Source: Rubripirellula sp. (lineage in GTDB: Bacteria > Planctomycetota > Planctomycetia > Pirellulales > Pirellulaceae). From it: a DNA stretch of 64,000 nt. The translations under genes and the position numbers were made by a program. Each line of letters begins with the position of its first letter. Positions within the stretch are counted from its first letter, which is position 1. Location of the stretch: NCBI GenBank assembly GCA_965216875.1, contig OZ244207.1:5632001-5696000 (forward strand), in the 5' to 3' direction. This document shows, piece after piece, positions 8,845 through 19,312 of this stretch. The notes under the pieces were generated by a model. It saw nothing but the letters and a program-made list of their open reading frames with translations, was not told the origin of the DNA and did not search any database.

Positions 8845-9324
8845 ATGAAGTCTCGTTCGAACGAACAAAAGCGTTTGGCAGTTGAGCGATCGGCCAAGGT
8901 AGCTTACGAGGGTCTTTTGACGGCCCGCGAGTTGTACGCTGGCGGCGACGCAAAGGCAGGTTTCTATCTTGCTCGGTCGTTGTGGCTCGTTGCCGTGATG
9001 GACTCAGCGACACGATTCTCACCTAACACGAAATCACGCACGAGTCGGTGCGGGCTGATGGCGTTGTTTCATGGCAAACGAATCGACCAAGAGACCTTCG
9101 AGTATTGCTCAGCAATCGATGTGAAGGTCACGGGAGGTTGGGCAGTAGCTACAGACACGCCTAAAATCGTCGAAGCCGCAACCGCGTTGCTTGAAGCGAC
9201 CGAATCCAACAGTTGCCGCAAACGTCGATTGGCAGCGATTGAGAAGGCCAACGCTAAACCCGGCCGGATCCGTCAGCTGGCAACCGCTGCTTGTGGTTTG
9301 TTTGCCTTCGGAGGTGCGTCTTGA
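8845..9324 (+). CDS. Hypothetical protein
   Basis: 159 aa; ends in GGAGG-containing 'GGAS' coupled to the next gene. Confidence 0.55.
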   Translation: MKSRSNEQKRLAVERSAKVAYEGLLTARELYAGGDAKAGFYLARSLWLVAVMDSATRFSPNTKSRTSRCGLMALFHGKRIDQETFEYCSAIDVKVTGGWAVATDTPKIVEAATALLEATESNSCRKRRLAAIEKANAKPGRIRQLATAACGLFAFGGAS

Positions 9325-9509
9325 AAAGCGACCTAGACAATCCCCGAGTGCGATTCCTCCCAACACCTGAAGAGATCAGGCAGCGTGCGAGTGAAGTCCG
9401 CTCGAATTGGTCCGCAAGGATCCGCGAGGAAAGACGCGTCAAGGCTTACGACTCACCTTGGAGCGTTCCGGCCTTCGTCCTTGAAGAGAACGAGCTACGC
9501 AGCCTGTAG
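9321..9509 (+). CDS. Small hypothetical protein
   Basis: TTG start overlapping the upstream stop, GGAGG RBS; 'LPTPEEIRQRASEVRSNWS' motif. Confidence 0.55.
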   Translation: MKSDLDNPRVRFLPTPEEIRQRASEVRSNWSARIREERRVKAYDSPWSVPAFVLEENELRSL

Positions 9510-9524
9510 CGACTGACAAACAGC

Positions 9525-9552
9525 AGACCGGGAATGGATGCCCGGTCTTTTT
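9525..9552 (+). terminator. Intrinsic terminator-like hairpin upstream of the integrase
   Basis: AGACCGGG-N8-CCCGGTCT followed by TTTT. Confidence 0.55.
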
Positions 9553-9594
9553 GACCGAACGGAAACCACCTCATCACATGGAAGACAGATTCAC

Positions 9595-11307
9595 ATGGTC
9601 ACTACAGCAGTTGGCTACATTCGAATGTCAACGGACGACCAAGAGGCATCACCAGAACAACAGCGGGAAGCAGTAGCACAGTTCGCGACTGACAACGGCT
9701 ACAAAATCATTCGCTGGTATCAAGACCTTGGAATCAGTGGCGACAAGACAGAAAAGCGAATCGACTTTCAAAAGATGATTGCAGCTGGTTCGACTGGCGA
9801 GTTTGATGCGATCCTTTGCTGGGACCAAGACCGTTTCGGGCGTTTCGACATGCTTGAGGCTGGCCGCTGGATCCACCCACTAAGGCAAGCTGGTGTCCAC
9901 TTGGCTACGGTCACCGATGGACCGATCGACTGGACACAGATGGCCGGCAGGTTGGTTTACTCGGTCAAACAGGAAGGCAAACACCAGTTCTTGCGTGACC
10001 TTTCAAAAAACGTTTCCCGCGGGATGGACAAGCTTGCCGCCGAGGGCCGATGGGTCACAGGTGTTCCGCCGATCGGTTACGTGGTCGACGAAGACAGGCG
10101 TCTTCAATTAGGACCACATGAAGACGTGGCAATCGTGAAAGACATCTTCCGGAAGTACTTGGCCGGTGATTCCACCCGACAGATCTCGCAGTGGCTCTCG
10201 GACCGTGGCATCCTTAGCCCGAAAGGCAAGAAGTGGACGGCAACAGGAATATCAAACGTGTTGAAAAACGAGCGATACCTTGGCTACCTCGTCTACAACC
10301 AACGAACAAGCTCGAAGTACAAGGATGCTTCCAACCCGCAGGGCAGAATGAAGACGAAGCCACGCGAAGAATGGACGATCGTGCCCAACACTCACCCTGC
10401 CCTGGTGACTCAAGAAGACTTCGACGCAGTTCAAGAACTATTCCGAACCAACACACGGAAAACGGCACCAAACAGCGGCCGTAAGTACGCCCTTTCCGGT
10501 CTGCTTCGATGCGGTTGCTGTGGGTTCACGATGATGGGCGACAAGTCCAACGGTGTCCCGTCCTACACTTGCTATTCGTATCGGGAACGCCCCAACTCAT
10601 GCGAGCGGTACAACGTCCGAGAGGACCAAGGCCTCAAGGCCATTCTGCGGGAGCTACGAACACAGTGGTTTGACAAGTACTTCACAGAATCACACATCGA
10701 GCAAATCAAGTCAGCGATGCGGGACATGCTCAGCGGTGAGCGTGCAGACCTGGGCATCGTGAAAGGCCATCTGGCGAAGGTGGAGGGCCAGATTGAGCAG
10801 GCGAAGCGACGATTGGTCGAAGTACCCGCCGACATGGTTCGGCACGTTTCAGAGCGTCTCAGGGAGCTTGAGGATCAGCGTGATTCACTGCTGGTCCAGC
10901 TGCAGCAATCAAACACGCCCGTTGAAGAGCAAGTCTTGGCCGTAGAGGAGCGCATCAACAGCGCGATCGAGTGGCTCAATTCACTCGAGCAAATCGCTGA
11001 AACAAAGTACGACAGCGATAAGGTCAATCGGATGCTACGACAGTTCATCGACCGCGTTGAGCTCCACTTCAAACGCAAGCCAATCGGAAAGCTTAAGAAG
11101 TACCACCGTTGTGAACTTGTTGGCGGTGTTGTCTACTTCCGGTTGAATGGCCTGCAGTCCGTCTTTAGCAAATCCATGAAGTTGCAAACAGGGGACCGGA
11201 GATTTTGGACATGTACTTTTCGATTTGCGGTGGCGTGCAATTGCAATGCCGACGCGGGTCGCTTCGGTAGCCACACGGACAAGGATTCGCCGCTGCGATC
11301 AACATGA
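9595..11307 (+). CDS. Large serine recombinase (integrase)
   Basis: Catalytic 'GYIRMST', 'DQDRFGR', recombinase domain 'PPIGY', zinc ribbon '[11 protein letters not shown]...YTC...C', coiled coil. Confidence 0.95.
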   Translation: MVTTAVGYIRMSTDDQEASPEQQREAVAQFATDNGYKIIRWYQDLGISGDKTEKRIDFQKMIAAGSTGEFDAILCWDQDRFGRFDMLEAGRWIHPLRQAGVHLATVTDGPIDWTQMAGRLVYSVKQEGKHQFLRDLSKNVSRGMDKLAAEGRWVTGVPPIGYVVDEDRRLQLGPHEDVAIVKDIFRKYLAGDSTRQISQWLSDRGILSPKGKKWTATGISNVLKNERYLGYLVYNQRTSSKYKDASNPQGRMKTKPREEWTIVPNTHPALVTQEDFDAVQELFRTNTRKTAPNSGRKYALSGLLRCGCCGFTMMGDKSNGVPSYTCYSYRERPNSCERYNVREDQGLKAILRELRTQWFDKYFTESHIEQIKSAMRDMLSGERADLGIVKGHLAKVEGQIEQAKRRLVEVPADMVRHVSERLRELEDQRDSLLVQLQQSNTPVEEQVLAVEERINSAIEWLNSLEQIAETKYDSDKVNRMLRQFIDRVELHFKRKPIGKLKKYHRCELVGGVVYFRLNGLQSVFSKSMKLQTGDRRFWTCTFRFAVACNCNADAGRFGSHTDKDSPLRST

Positions 11308-12340
11308 AGTCCGATGGAAACGTTGTGCTGCGAAGCGCTCGTGAGATCGTGACCACGCCGTCTTCGAGTGGTTGACGCATCACTTCCAACGTCTTGCGAT
11401 TGAACTCGGGCAGTTCGTCCAGAAACAGAATCCCGTTGTGCGCCTTGGAGATCTCGCCTGGTGACGGCGGACTTCCGCCGCCCACCAAACCCGCGTCGCT
11501 GATTGTGTGATGAGGGCTGCGAAAGGGTCGTCGCGCAAGGAGCGGCTGGCCCGATGGAAGTTGGCCAAGCGCGCTATAGATCCGCGTGGTCTCGATCGAT
11601 TCCCCCGCACCCAACTGCGGCAACACCGTTGGCATCCGCTTGGCCAACATCGTTTTTCCACTGCCGGGTGGACCAATCATGAGAAGATTGTGGCGACCAG
11701 CTGCGGCCAACGCCATCGCGCGCTTGGCCGACTCTTGACCTTTGACGTCACCAAAGTCGACATCATAGATGCTGTATCTTTCGAACAACTTGTCGAGACG
11801 ACTGGGCGCGGGGGTGAGATCGACTTCGCCGGCAAAAAACGCGACCGCTTGCGCAAGACTATCGACCGCGATCACATCGATCCCCTCGACCACGGCCGCT
11901 TCACTTGCGTTTTCGCGCGGCACCACAAGGCCCGTGATCCCTTCGTCCTTTGCCGCTTCCATCGCGATGGAAAGAGCCCCTTTGACGGGACGCGTGTAAC
12001 CTTCCAGTGCCAACTCACCGACCACGGCGTATTGATCGAGCCGATCACTTTGCAGTTGACCACTGCCGGCAAGGATGCCAAGCGCGACTGGCAAATCGAA
12101 CGAAGGAGCCTGTTTGGGTAGGTCACCCGGGGCAAGATTGATGACGACGCGATCGTGCGGACGTATGAAACCGCTGTTGACGATCGCCCGTTCAACGCGA
12201 AAGGTGCTCTCCTTCACTGCCGCGTCGGGAAGCCCAACGAGGATGGTCTTTGGCATCGCGGCTACCGAGAGGTCGACTTCGACGTCGACCGGCATCGCTT
12301 CGATGCCAAGCAGCGTAAAGGTTTTCAACCGCGCAAGCAT
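11165..12340 (-). pseudogene. comM: ComM/YifB Mg-chelatase-like ATPase, 5' part interrupted by the element
   Basis: '[10 protein letters not shown]', '[10 protein letters not shown]', GPPGSGKT, 'FRSPHH', 'LFLDELPEF', 'NPCPCG'; breaks after 'ISGPL' where LDRID is expected. Confidence 0.9.
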
Positions 12341-12680
12341 GGCCCCTGCCCCACAAGAGATTGATTCCAATCGAAAAGTCACCCAATTCGATTCTGCCCG
12401 AATCCTGCCACCATTGGGTCTTCTCAAATCGTGACGTCATTCGAGTCGTCAATCAACCCTATTAGATAGGGATCGCCATCAAAGAGCGGGCATGGAATTG
12501 CGGTCGGCATCTGCCAGCAAGAGATTTCGGCGTTATCCAACGCCGAATCGCAAACGCAAAATGCACCCGAGCAGGTAAAGCTTGCTCGAGTGCATTTGTC
12601 TCGTTCAGAAGGATGTCTTGGCGACAAGCCTGTCTTTTGGTCAAGTCATCGCCAGGATGTTTGGTCGGTCCGCATGGGGA

Positions 12681-13916
12681 TTAGAGGTGAACGATCACAT
12701 CAAATCCGAGCATGAATTGACTATCGTCCGTTCCATCGTTGAAGGGTTGTGCCGCAGTGGAGCCATCAAACCAATCAGCACGCAACTCGGGTCGAAAAAC
12801 GAGATAGCTGGTCGGTGAGTAGTTGGCTCCAAACGAAAGCGAGTAGAAGCTGCCGCCAAAGGGAGGCGTGTTCGGATTACTCGGTCGATTCAAACCGACG
12901 CGAGTCCCTTCCTCGTCGCGGAACCATTCGAATCGCATCCCAAGGCTTGTGCAGCGATTGACGCGGTACGTCAGGTATTGGTCGATGCCGTACCAATCGG
13001 CTCGTCCGCCATCAGCCGCGCCCCGATTTTGGAGGCCCAACCAATGATGAAACACATAGTCGAGCTTACAGGTCAAAGGAAGTCCGACCAGCCAACTATA
13101 GCGAGTGCGGTTGTCGTAATCTTGAACTGCCGCGACGCCTGCCAAGTCGGTGTACTCTTCGCCCGTGGTGATGGCGAAGGAGGTCCATCGTCCGGTTGAT
13201 TGCGAGTCATAGCGCACCTTGCCGATAAACCCAACCGAATCACTTGTGCGGTCGAGCGCGTCCCAGCCGTTGTGGAGTCCGAGTTGAACGGTCCAAGATT
13301 CGTTTGGATCCCAATTCAATTGGCCGCCCCAGTGGGTGAAGGGGCCTGCGAATTGATAACTGTAGGACTTGCTGTAAAAGAAGTTGTCCGGTGACATGAT
13401 GCCTTCATAGCCAACCACCGAATAGAAATGGCCGAGCTGAAGTGACAAACGTTGATTGCCCAATGCAACGAACGCTTGTGGGAAGGCAGAACCGTAGTAC
13501 TGATCGTTCCAACGCGCCGAACCGTCTGGCCGGTTTTCCATACCAACCGATTGGGCGAGGAAATAGTCTTCGCCATAGAGGTAGTCGATGCGTCCGCCAA
13601 TCCCGTGACCACACTGAGGAAGCCTCTTTTCAGCAATCAGGTAGATCTGATTCAGCATCGCCTCGTTGCTACGATCGACGCCGTTGTAGGGACCGTGAAA
13701 TTTGCTGTTCGGACTCGATGTATTGCCCATGAACCCAGCATCGATCCAACCGTCGAGCTCGATTCCAGAACGCTTGAACAGCTTAAACACATCCCCTGGC
13801 TGCCATGAGTGCTGCGAGCATGCGTAATCGTCACATTCCGAAGCGATTGACTTTGCAGTGGGAATCACTGCGAATGCGGCAATCGCCAGCGCAGCAACTA
13901 GCTTAGTAGGTCTCAT
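12681..13916 (-). CDS. Outer-membrane beta-barrel porin (BBP2/OmpL-like)
   Basis: Signal peptide; 'LNQIYL', 'DYLYGEDY', 'GHFYSVVGYE', 'RPELRADW'; amphipathic C-terminal strand. Confidence 0.8.
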   Translation of the reverse strand: MRPTKLVAALAIAAFAVIPTAKSIASECDDYACSQHSWQPGDVFKLFKRSGIELDGWIDAGFMGNTSSPNSKFHGPYNGVDRSNEAMLNQIYLIAEKRLPQCGHGIGGRIDYLYGEDYFLAQSVGMENRPDGSARWNDQYYGSAFPQAFVALGNQRLSLQLGHFYSVVGYEGIMSPDNFFYSKSYSYQFAGPFTHWGGQLNWDPNESWTVQLGLHNGWDALDRTSDSVGFIGKVRYDSQSTGRWTSFAITTGEEYTDLAGVAAVQDYDNRTRYSWLVGLPLTCKLDYVFHHWLGLQNRGAADGGRADWYGIDQYLTYRVNRCTSLGMRFEWFRDEEGTRVGLNRPSNPNTPPFGGSFYSLSFGANYSPTSYLVFRPELRADWFDGSTAAQPFNDGTDDSQFMLGFDVIVHL

Positions 13917-14300
13917 TGCGATCCACCTTGGGCTAAGGGAGAGGGAGGGAAGGCGTTGCAATCACGGTGTAGTCGTCCGAATGCTCTTATCGGGCTTTCG
14001 CTGTTAGCGATCGACGTAATGACCGCGAGCCCGAGCAATACCTAAGTTCGCAACATCGGAAATGACTCCTACAACCAATATGCGTCCTGCTCCCGCAACC
14101 GAACCGAAAGACGAACCCCGCCGAGAATCGACACCTGCATCCACCCAACGCGTCTCGGCAATCGGATAGCGGGACGTGACACGACGTCGCGCTCGGCAGC
14201 TTTGCAAGGTCCATTTCAAGACACCGTGCACCAACGCACAGCTTTCATCGACGTGAAGCATTCGAGTGGGCATCACTCGAGAACGTCCGACGGTAAATGC

Positions 14301-14339
14301 AAAAAGCCGTCCATCTACCGCTGGGATAGATGGACGGCT
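14301..14339 (-). terminator. Strong intrinsic terminator in the porin upstream region
   Basis: 13-bp perfect stem AGCCGTCCATCTA/TAGATGGACGGCT plus U-tract on the minus strand. Confidence 0.7.
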
Positions 14340-14797
14340 AACACAACATCGATGTAGGCGGGAAACCTTTCATCGCAGAAGGCTACATCGGACGATTTGC
14401 CCACCACCTGAATTGGGAATCGGCTTTTCACTTGCATCTGCGGACAACCACATCGGTGATCGTAAAACCTTTTCTTGCATGAGAAAAACTCATGTTAATT
14501 CTATTAGCATCTGAAGTTGCAAATGTACGTCTGCCGGAGATGCAGCACCGTTCTAATGGCGGAACCTAGCGACGAAACCTGCGCCGTCGTTTTAGTACGC
14601 GAGACTCCGTCACCGAACCTTAACTTCTCTTTCGTCACCTCCGCGAATGCTGCCGCTGCACGGGATCTTGTGGAAACCACCCACGGAAACAGGCGAAATC
14701 TTCGGCTCGTTGCTTTGCAAGGCGGTTCGAGTTTCAATAGTGCCCAACGCTTCTGAACCGCAATTCCCCTTCGCTCAATCTCGCCACAGCCCGCAAC

Positions 14798-15646
14798 TTG
14801 CCGATGCCGACTCACGCCCTCGTACCGATTCGTTTCGTTTGTTGGAGCATGCTGATCGGTGGTTTGCTGATCAATTCCTTTGCGGTTGCCTCGGAACCGA
14901 CCATCACCAAGGGAACCAAAAGCCTCCCGCTTGCCGGCGAATCGTTTCGTATTGATGGGCACGATGCCTTTGTGATCCTTCCCGAGGGAGTCGACAAAAA
15001 CGTTCCCTGGGTCTGGTACGCACCGACCTTACCGGGCTTGCCGGCTCAGTCCGAAGTTTGGATGTTCGAACAGTTTCTTGGCAAAGGCATCGCGATTGCG
15101 GGCATTGATGCTGGCGAGTCCTTTGGAAGTCCTGACGGAACCAAGCTCTTTTCGTCGTTCTATGAACATCTGGTCGCACAGCGGAAATTTCGAAGGCAAC
15201 CCTGTCTGCTGGCGCGCAGCCGCGGCGGGCTGATGCTTTACAACTGGGCTGTGGAGCATCCAGAATCGGTTGCGGGCGTGGCCGGGATTTACCCTGTTTG
15301 TAACCTTGCCAGCTATCCTGGGATTGCCCGAGCCGCAGGTGCTTACAACCTTACCGCCGAGCAACTGCAAACCGACTTGGCCCAACACAACCCGATCGAC
15401 AAATTGAAACCGCTCGCCGAAGCCGCTGTGCCACTTTTTCACATTCACGGCGATAGCGACAAAGTCGTCCCACTCGAGGACAACTCCGCGAAACTCGCCC
15501 AGCGTTACCGAACGTTTGGCGGCCCCGTCGAAGTTGAAGTGGTCAAGGGCCAAGGTCACAACATGTGGAATGGATGGTTCCAATCTCAACGTTTGGCCGA
15601 TTTCGTGATCGCTCGCGCACTCGGTGAACGGGCACTCGGTCAATAG
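14798..15646 (+). CDS. Secreted alpha/beta hydrolase (esterase/S9-like)
   Basis: 'ARSRGG' nucleophile elbow, 'HGDSDKVVP', 'GQGHN'; start may be 14849. Confidence 0.8.
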   Translation: MPMPTHALVPIRFVCWSMLIGGLLINSFAVASEPTITKGTKSLPLAGESFRIDGHDAFVILPEGVDKNVPWVWYAPTLPGLPAQSEVWMFEQFLGKGIAIAGIDAGESFGSPDGTKLFSSFYEHLVAQRKFRRQPCLLARSRGGLMLYNWAVEHPESVAGVAGIYPVCNLASYPGIARAAGAYNLTAEQLQTDLAQHNPIDKLKPLAEAAVPLFHIHGDSDKVVPLEDNSAKLAQRYRTFGGPVEVEVVKGQGHNMWNGWFQSQRLADFVIARALGERALGQ

Positions 15647-15654
15647 GCAACGGC

Positions 15655-16005
15655 ATGCAGGAGATCAAACTTCTTATTGATTCGTTCGGGACGAGTGAAT
15701 TCAAAACGAACGTGGTGGATTACTTGAACCAGCACGTTGATCTGTTTGAGAACCTACCGCGTTTCAGCGGTTCTTATGCAAAAGGGATTCGAGTCACCCA
15801 TGCGTTCGTGGTCTCCAATAGCGAATCGCACTTCACGTGCGACGTGACCATCACCTACTCAGACTATCCCGTCATCGGATGCTGTGGCACCACACCAAGC
15901 GAAGGCCAAACAGTGCGCGCGACCGTTGAGTTTTCGCGACTCGATCCCTATCCGGTCAAAATCGACTTGGGTGACCCCTGGGACACCGAAAACGAAGGCT
16001 ACTGA
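15655..16005 (+). CDS. Hypothetical protein
   Basis: 116 aa ORF 8 bp downstream of the hydrolase; protein-like composition. Confidence 0.55.
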   Translation: MQEIKLLIDSFGTSEFKTNVVDYLNQHVDLFENLPRFSGSYAKGIRVTHAFVVSNSESHFTCDVTITYSDYPVIGCCGTTPSEGQTVRATVEFSRLDPYPVKIDLGDPWDTENEGY

Positions 16006-16096
16006 TAGGTCCCGGCCGTATCGTCACGAACCGTCTTGGATTAGGGTGTATCCTCCTGCCCCACTCTCCCGCCCCAATTCGTGATCGCTTGCTGCT

Positions 16097-17566
16097 ATGG
16101 CCACCACATCTTTGCGCCGAATCACTCTGTTTGGCTTGCTCGTTGTTTGTTTGTTTCGTGCCGACGTTGGTGCCAAAGAACCACCCAACGTTCTCTTTCT
16201 GATTTGTGACGACCTGAACTGTGACATCGGATGTTACGGCCATGACCAAGTCCAAACGCCACACATCGATTCGTTGGCCGATCGCGGTGTTCGATTCGCG
16301 AACGCCTATTGCCAGTATCCTCTTTGTGGTCCCAGTCGTGCGTCGTTTATGGCCGGTTGGTATCCCGATCAGACTCACATACACCAAAACGCGATCCACT
16401 TGCGAGAACGTGCGCCAACGGCGGTCACGCTCTCGCAACATTTTCGATCGCGCGACTACCTGGCGACGCGAATCGGAAAGATCTATCACTACAACGTGCC
16501 GCTGCACATTGGCACGGGCGGCCACGACGATCCCTATTCCTGGAACCGAACGATCAATCCTCGCGGACGTGATGTGATTGACCAGGATCAAGTGATCACG
16601 TTACGCCCGGGACAATACGGAGGCACGTTAAGCTGGCTCGCAGCGGACGGAACCGACGCTGAACAGACCGACGGGATCGCGGCGGCCGAGGCAGCCAAAC
16701 TGCTACATGAACACGCCGACAAGGGCGAGCGTTTCTTCATGGCAGTAGGACTCTATCGACCGCACACGCCGTACGTTGCGCCAAAAGCTTACTTCAACCA
16801 TTATCCGATCGATTCCGTCCGTGTTCCGGAAGTTCCGCCGGGGTACTTGGAAACGCTGCCCAAGCCAGCGGCCAAGTCTTTGATGCGTAAGAAGGAGCAG
16901 ATCAACCTTGACCCCGAGCTTGCCAAACAAGCAATCCAAGCTTACTACGCATCAATCACGTTTGCCGATGCACAGCTAGGCATCATCTTGTCGGCACTTC
17001 GCGAAACCGGACTCGAGGACAACACGATTGTCCTGTTCACGTCGGATCACGGATACCACATGGGCGAACATGGTCATTACCAAAAGACAACTCTGTTTGA
17101 GAACGCGACGCACGTGCCGCTCGTCATTGCCGGCCCTGGTGTCACGCGCGGCGGGACGTCAAACACGATGGCCGAAATGGTCGACTTCTACCCAACGCTT
17201 TCCGAGTTGGCAGGACTTCCCATTCCCCAACACGTTTCCGGCACGAGTCTCGTTCCGGCTCTGAAAGATCCAGCGAAAACCGTTCGCGACTCAGCTCTGT
17301 CGCAATACGATTCAGGTTACAGCATTCGGACCGCGAACTATCGTTACACCCAATGGGGACAAAGCGGATCGGCGGGCGCGGAACTCTACGACCATCGTGA
17401 CGATCCGGCTGAAATGAAAAACCGAATCAACGACCCGCAGTACGCTCAGGTGCGGGAACGACTTGCCAAGATGCTTGCCGAACGCATCGCCGGCGCAAGT
17501 CAGGACCCCTCCGGTACGAGGTCCGCGACTAAAACGATCCCGCGAAGAATCAAGTCCAACAAGTAA
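16097..17566 (+). CDS. Sulfatase (iduronate/choline sulfatase-like)
   Basis: 'NVLFLICDDL', CGPSR formylglycine motif, 'GKIYH', 'RPHTP', 'SDHG'. Confidence 0.92.
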   Translation: MATTSLRRITLFGLLVVCLFRADVGAKEPPNVLFLICDDLNCDIGCYGHDQVQTPHIDSLADRGVRFANAYCQYPLCGPSRASFMAGWYPDQTHIHQNAIHLRERAPTAVTLSQHFRSRDYLATRIGKIYHYNVPLHIGTGGHDDPYSWNRTINPRGRDVIDQDQVITLRPGQYGGTLSWLAADGTDAEQTDGIAAAEAAKLLHEHADKGERFFMAVGLYRPHTPYVAPKAYFNHYPIDSVRVPEVPPGYLETLPKPAAKSLMRKKEQINLDPELAKQAIQAYYASITFADAQLGIILSALRETGLEDNTIVLFTSDHGYHMGEHGHYQKTTLFENATHVPLVIAGPGVTRGGTSNTMAEMVDFYPTLSELAGLPIPQHVSGTSLVPALKDPAKTVRDSALSQYDSGYSIRTANYRYTQWGQSGSAGAELYDHRDDPAEMKNRINDPQYAQVRERLAKMLAERIAGASQDPSGTRSATKTIPRRIKSNK

Positions 17567-17591
17567 CCCTGGCCTGATGATTCAAACGCGG

Positions 17592-18233
17592 CTAATTGAA
17601 ATCCCAAAGCGGGACTCCGAGAAACTCGGCAAGTCGCTCAGCATCCTCTTTGAGCGATTCCCACTCGCCATGATCGATCACGTTACGGCGTTGGGCATTC
17701 TTGAGTACCACATTGAGTTCCAAGCTCGTGTAGCCTCCGGAATCACCGGAAGGCGCGATCCACTTTTCGATCACTTGGAGTGAGTGAATCTGCGCAAGGT
17801 CGACCGCGCTAGCATCACTCTCCGAACCGCGAAAAAAACGTCCGTGGTTTCGGTCGAAGCCGACAGGCTTAAGCAGCTTGCCTTTTAAGTAAATGCCCAA
17901 GCCGCCGAAGAAGAGAGCGCCAGCGATGAAGGCAGGGCCCGCGATTTTGACAATCGTCGGGTCGCCGTCGCCTATCTTTTCTGCTCTCCCCGAGAGCCAC
18001 ATGTAGGTAACGCCTGATCCGATCGACAAGGCGATCAGGGTGAACCCAAAAATCGCAACGATGATGAGTTTTGATGTAAAAGAGGGAACGAAGATCATCC
18101 GATCATCACCCACCCTTTCCGCTTTGCGCGTTCGATAGTTCGCACCCTCTTTGGGTTGCAATGGCGCCCAATCGGTACGTGTCGCAACCTCATCCGATTG
18201 CAACTCGGCAGGAACTCTCGACTCGATCTCCAT
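17592..18233 (-). CDS. Membrane protein with two TM helices
   Basis: Two hydrophobic segments; conserved-looking C-terminus 'ELNVVL...RRNVIDHG...LAEFLGVP'. Confidence 0.7.
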   Translation of the reverse strand: MEIESRVPAELQSDEVATRTDWAPLQPKEGANYRTRKAERVGDDRMIFVPSFTSKLIIVAIFGFTLIALSIGSGVTYMWLSGRAEKIGDGDPTIVKIAGPAFIAGALFFGGLGIYLKGKLLKPVGFDRNHGRFFRGSESDASAVDLAQIHSLQVIEKWIAPSGDSGGYTSLELNVVLKNAQRRNVIDHGEWESLKEDAERLAEFLGVPLWDFN

Positions 18234-18453
18234 TGCGACACCTCGCCAACAAGACAATGGCCCAAACCCTGTCAGTTTAGCTGAACACAAAGCGGTTTCG
18301 TGGCGTTAATTGAGACAAGCGACGCAACCAAGGATCGTACGTTAGTCCGTTGCAGTTCACCTCGGCACTGCCACCCCCACCACATCGCAAGCCACTAGAA
18401 TGGCTCGCAGCAGTCATTTTTGCCGACAGACCAAAGTTGAAAGAGTATCTTCA

Positions 18454-19302
18454 ATGGACCCCAACATCGTGCTCACACCGAGCGATGACCCCGAGATGGA
18501 TGCGGCGAGAAAGCTGGCTCGCAAGACGTTCAAGTTCTTTTGGCGAGAACTTTCCTGGGAATACCGTAGGATCATTCCAGGACTAAGCATTGCCGCTGTG
18601 AAAGCTGAATTCACTGATCCACCTGAAATGAAATCCAACGCCCCCGATGCGTTGGAAGTGGAACACATGTGGATCAACGAAGTCGAGTTCGATGGTCTAA
18701 GGGTATCAGGAACGCTGATCAATTCACCCAACAGTTTGCGATCCGTTTCCGAAGGCGACGCGGTTCAGATTGCGCCAAGTCGAGTTGGCGATTGGATGTA
18801 TGCGATTGGTGACGATGTCTACGGAGGCTACTCGGTCGATCTAATGAGGCAGCGCATGGGTGGCAGCGAAAGAAAGCAACACGATGCCGCTTGGGGACTC
18901 AACTTCGGTGACGTAGGGATCGTTCATGTTGTTCCGCCCGATTACATCGGCGAGAAACAAGCTGGCGGTTTTCTGTCGAAGTTTCGCAAACCCAAACAAC
19001 AGCCCCAGGACATCGAGAAGGCAGCCGCGACTGAGCACCCGATGTCGGTCAACATGCGTCAATCACTGGAAGAGACGCTTCGGGAGAACCCAGCATACAT
19101 TTCCGAACCTGACGACAAGGGTTTCACGTTCCTCCACCAGCTCTCACTTGCCGGGTCCTACGACGGCGTTGATGTACTGGTTCAACACGGTGCCGACGTG
19201 AACCAGCCCGCAAAGAACGGACTAAAGCCGCTACGACTAGCACGTTCACTTGGTTGGAAAAAAGTAATGAACCGACTGCAACAAGCCGGCGCGACTGAAT
19301 AG
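18454..19302 (+). CDS. DUF2314/YegJ-like protein with C-terminal ankyrin repeats
   Basis: 'ARKTFKFFWRELSWEYRRIIP', 'EHMWI', 'DWMY'; ankyrin 'GFTFLHQ...HGADVN...GLKPL'. Confidence 0.8.
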   Translation: MDPNIVLTPSDDPEMDAARKLARKTFKFFWRELSWEYRRIIPGLSIAAVKAEFTDPPEMKSNAPDALEVEHMWINEVEFDGLRVSGTLINSPNSLRSVSEGDAVQIAPSRVGDWMYAIGDDVYGGYSVDLMRQRMGGSERKQHDAAWGLNFGDVGIVHVVPPDYIGEKQAGGFLSKFRKPKQQPQDIEKAAATEHPMSVNMRQSLEETLRENPAYISEPDDKGFTFLHQLSLAGSYDGVDVLVQHGADVNQPAKNGLKPLRLARSLGWKKVMNRLQQAGATE

Positions 19303-19312
19303 CCAGCGTTTG

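Larger units (their letters stand above)
1..11188. mobile_element. comM-integrated phage-satellite-like island, right portion; left end outside window
   Basis: Large serine recombinase abutting a truncated comM; phage-type replication, Ogr-like and tape-measure-like genes; 3' half of comM not found in window. Confidence 0.8.

Noticed and set aside
10648..10657. Target of the c4-like RNA inside the integrase (CGGGAGCTAC)
   Set aside because: A single 10-nt match mid-gene is too weak to separate from chance.
13987..14276. Small ORFs upstream of the porin
   Set aside because: No RBS or recognisable motif; composition looks non-coding.
14340..14420. c-di-GMP-I riboswitch from GGGCAAA on the minus strand
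   Set aside because: The GAAA-capped P2 and the GACGCAAAG segment are absent.
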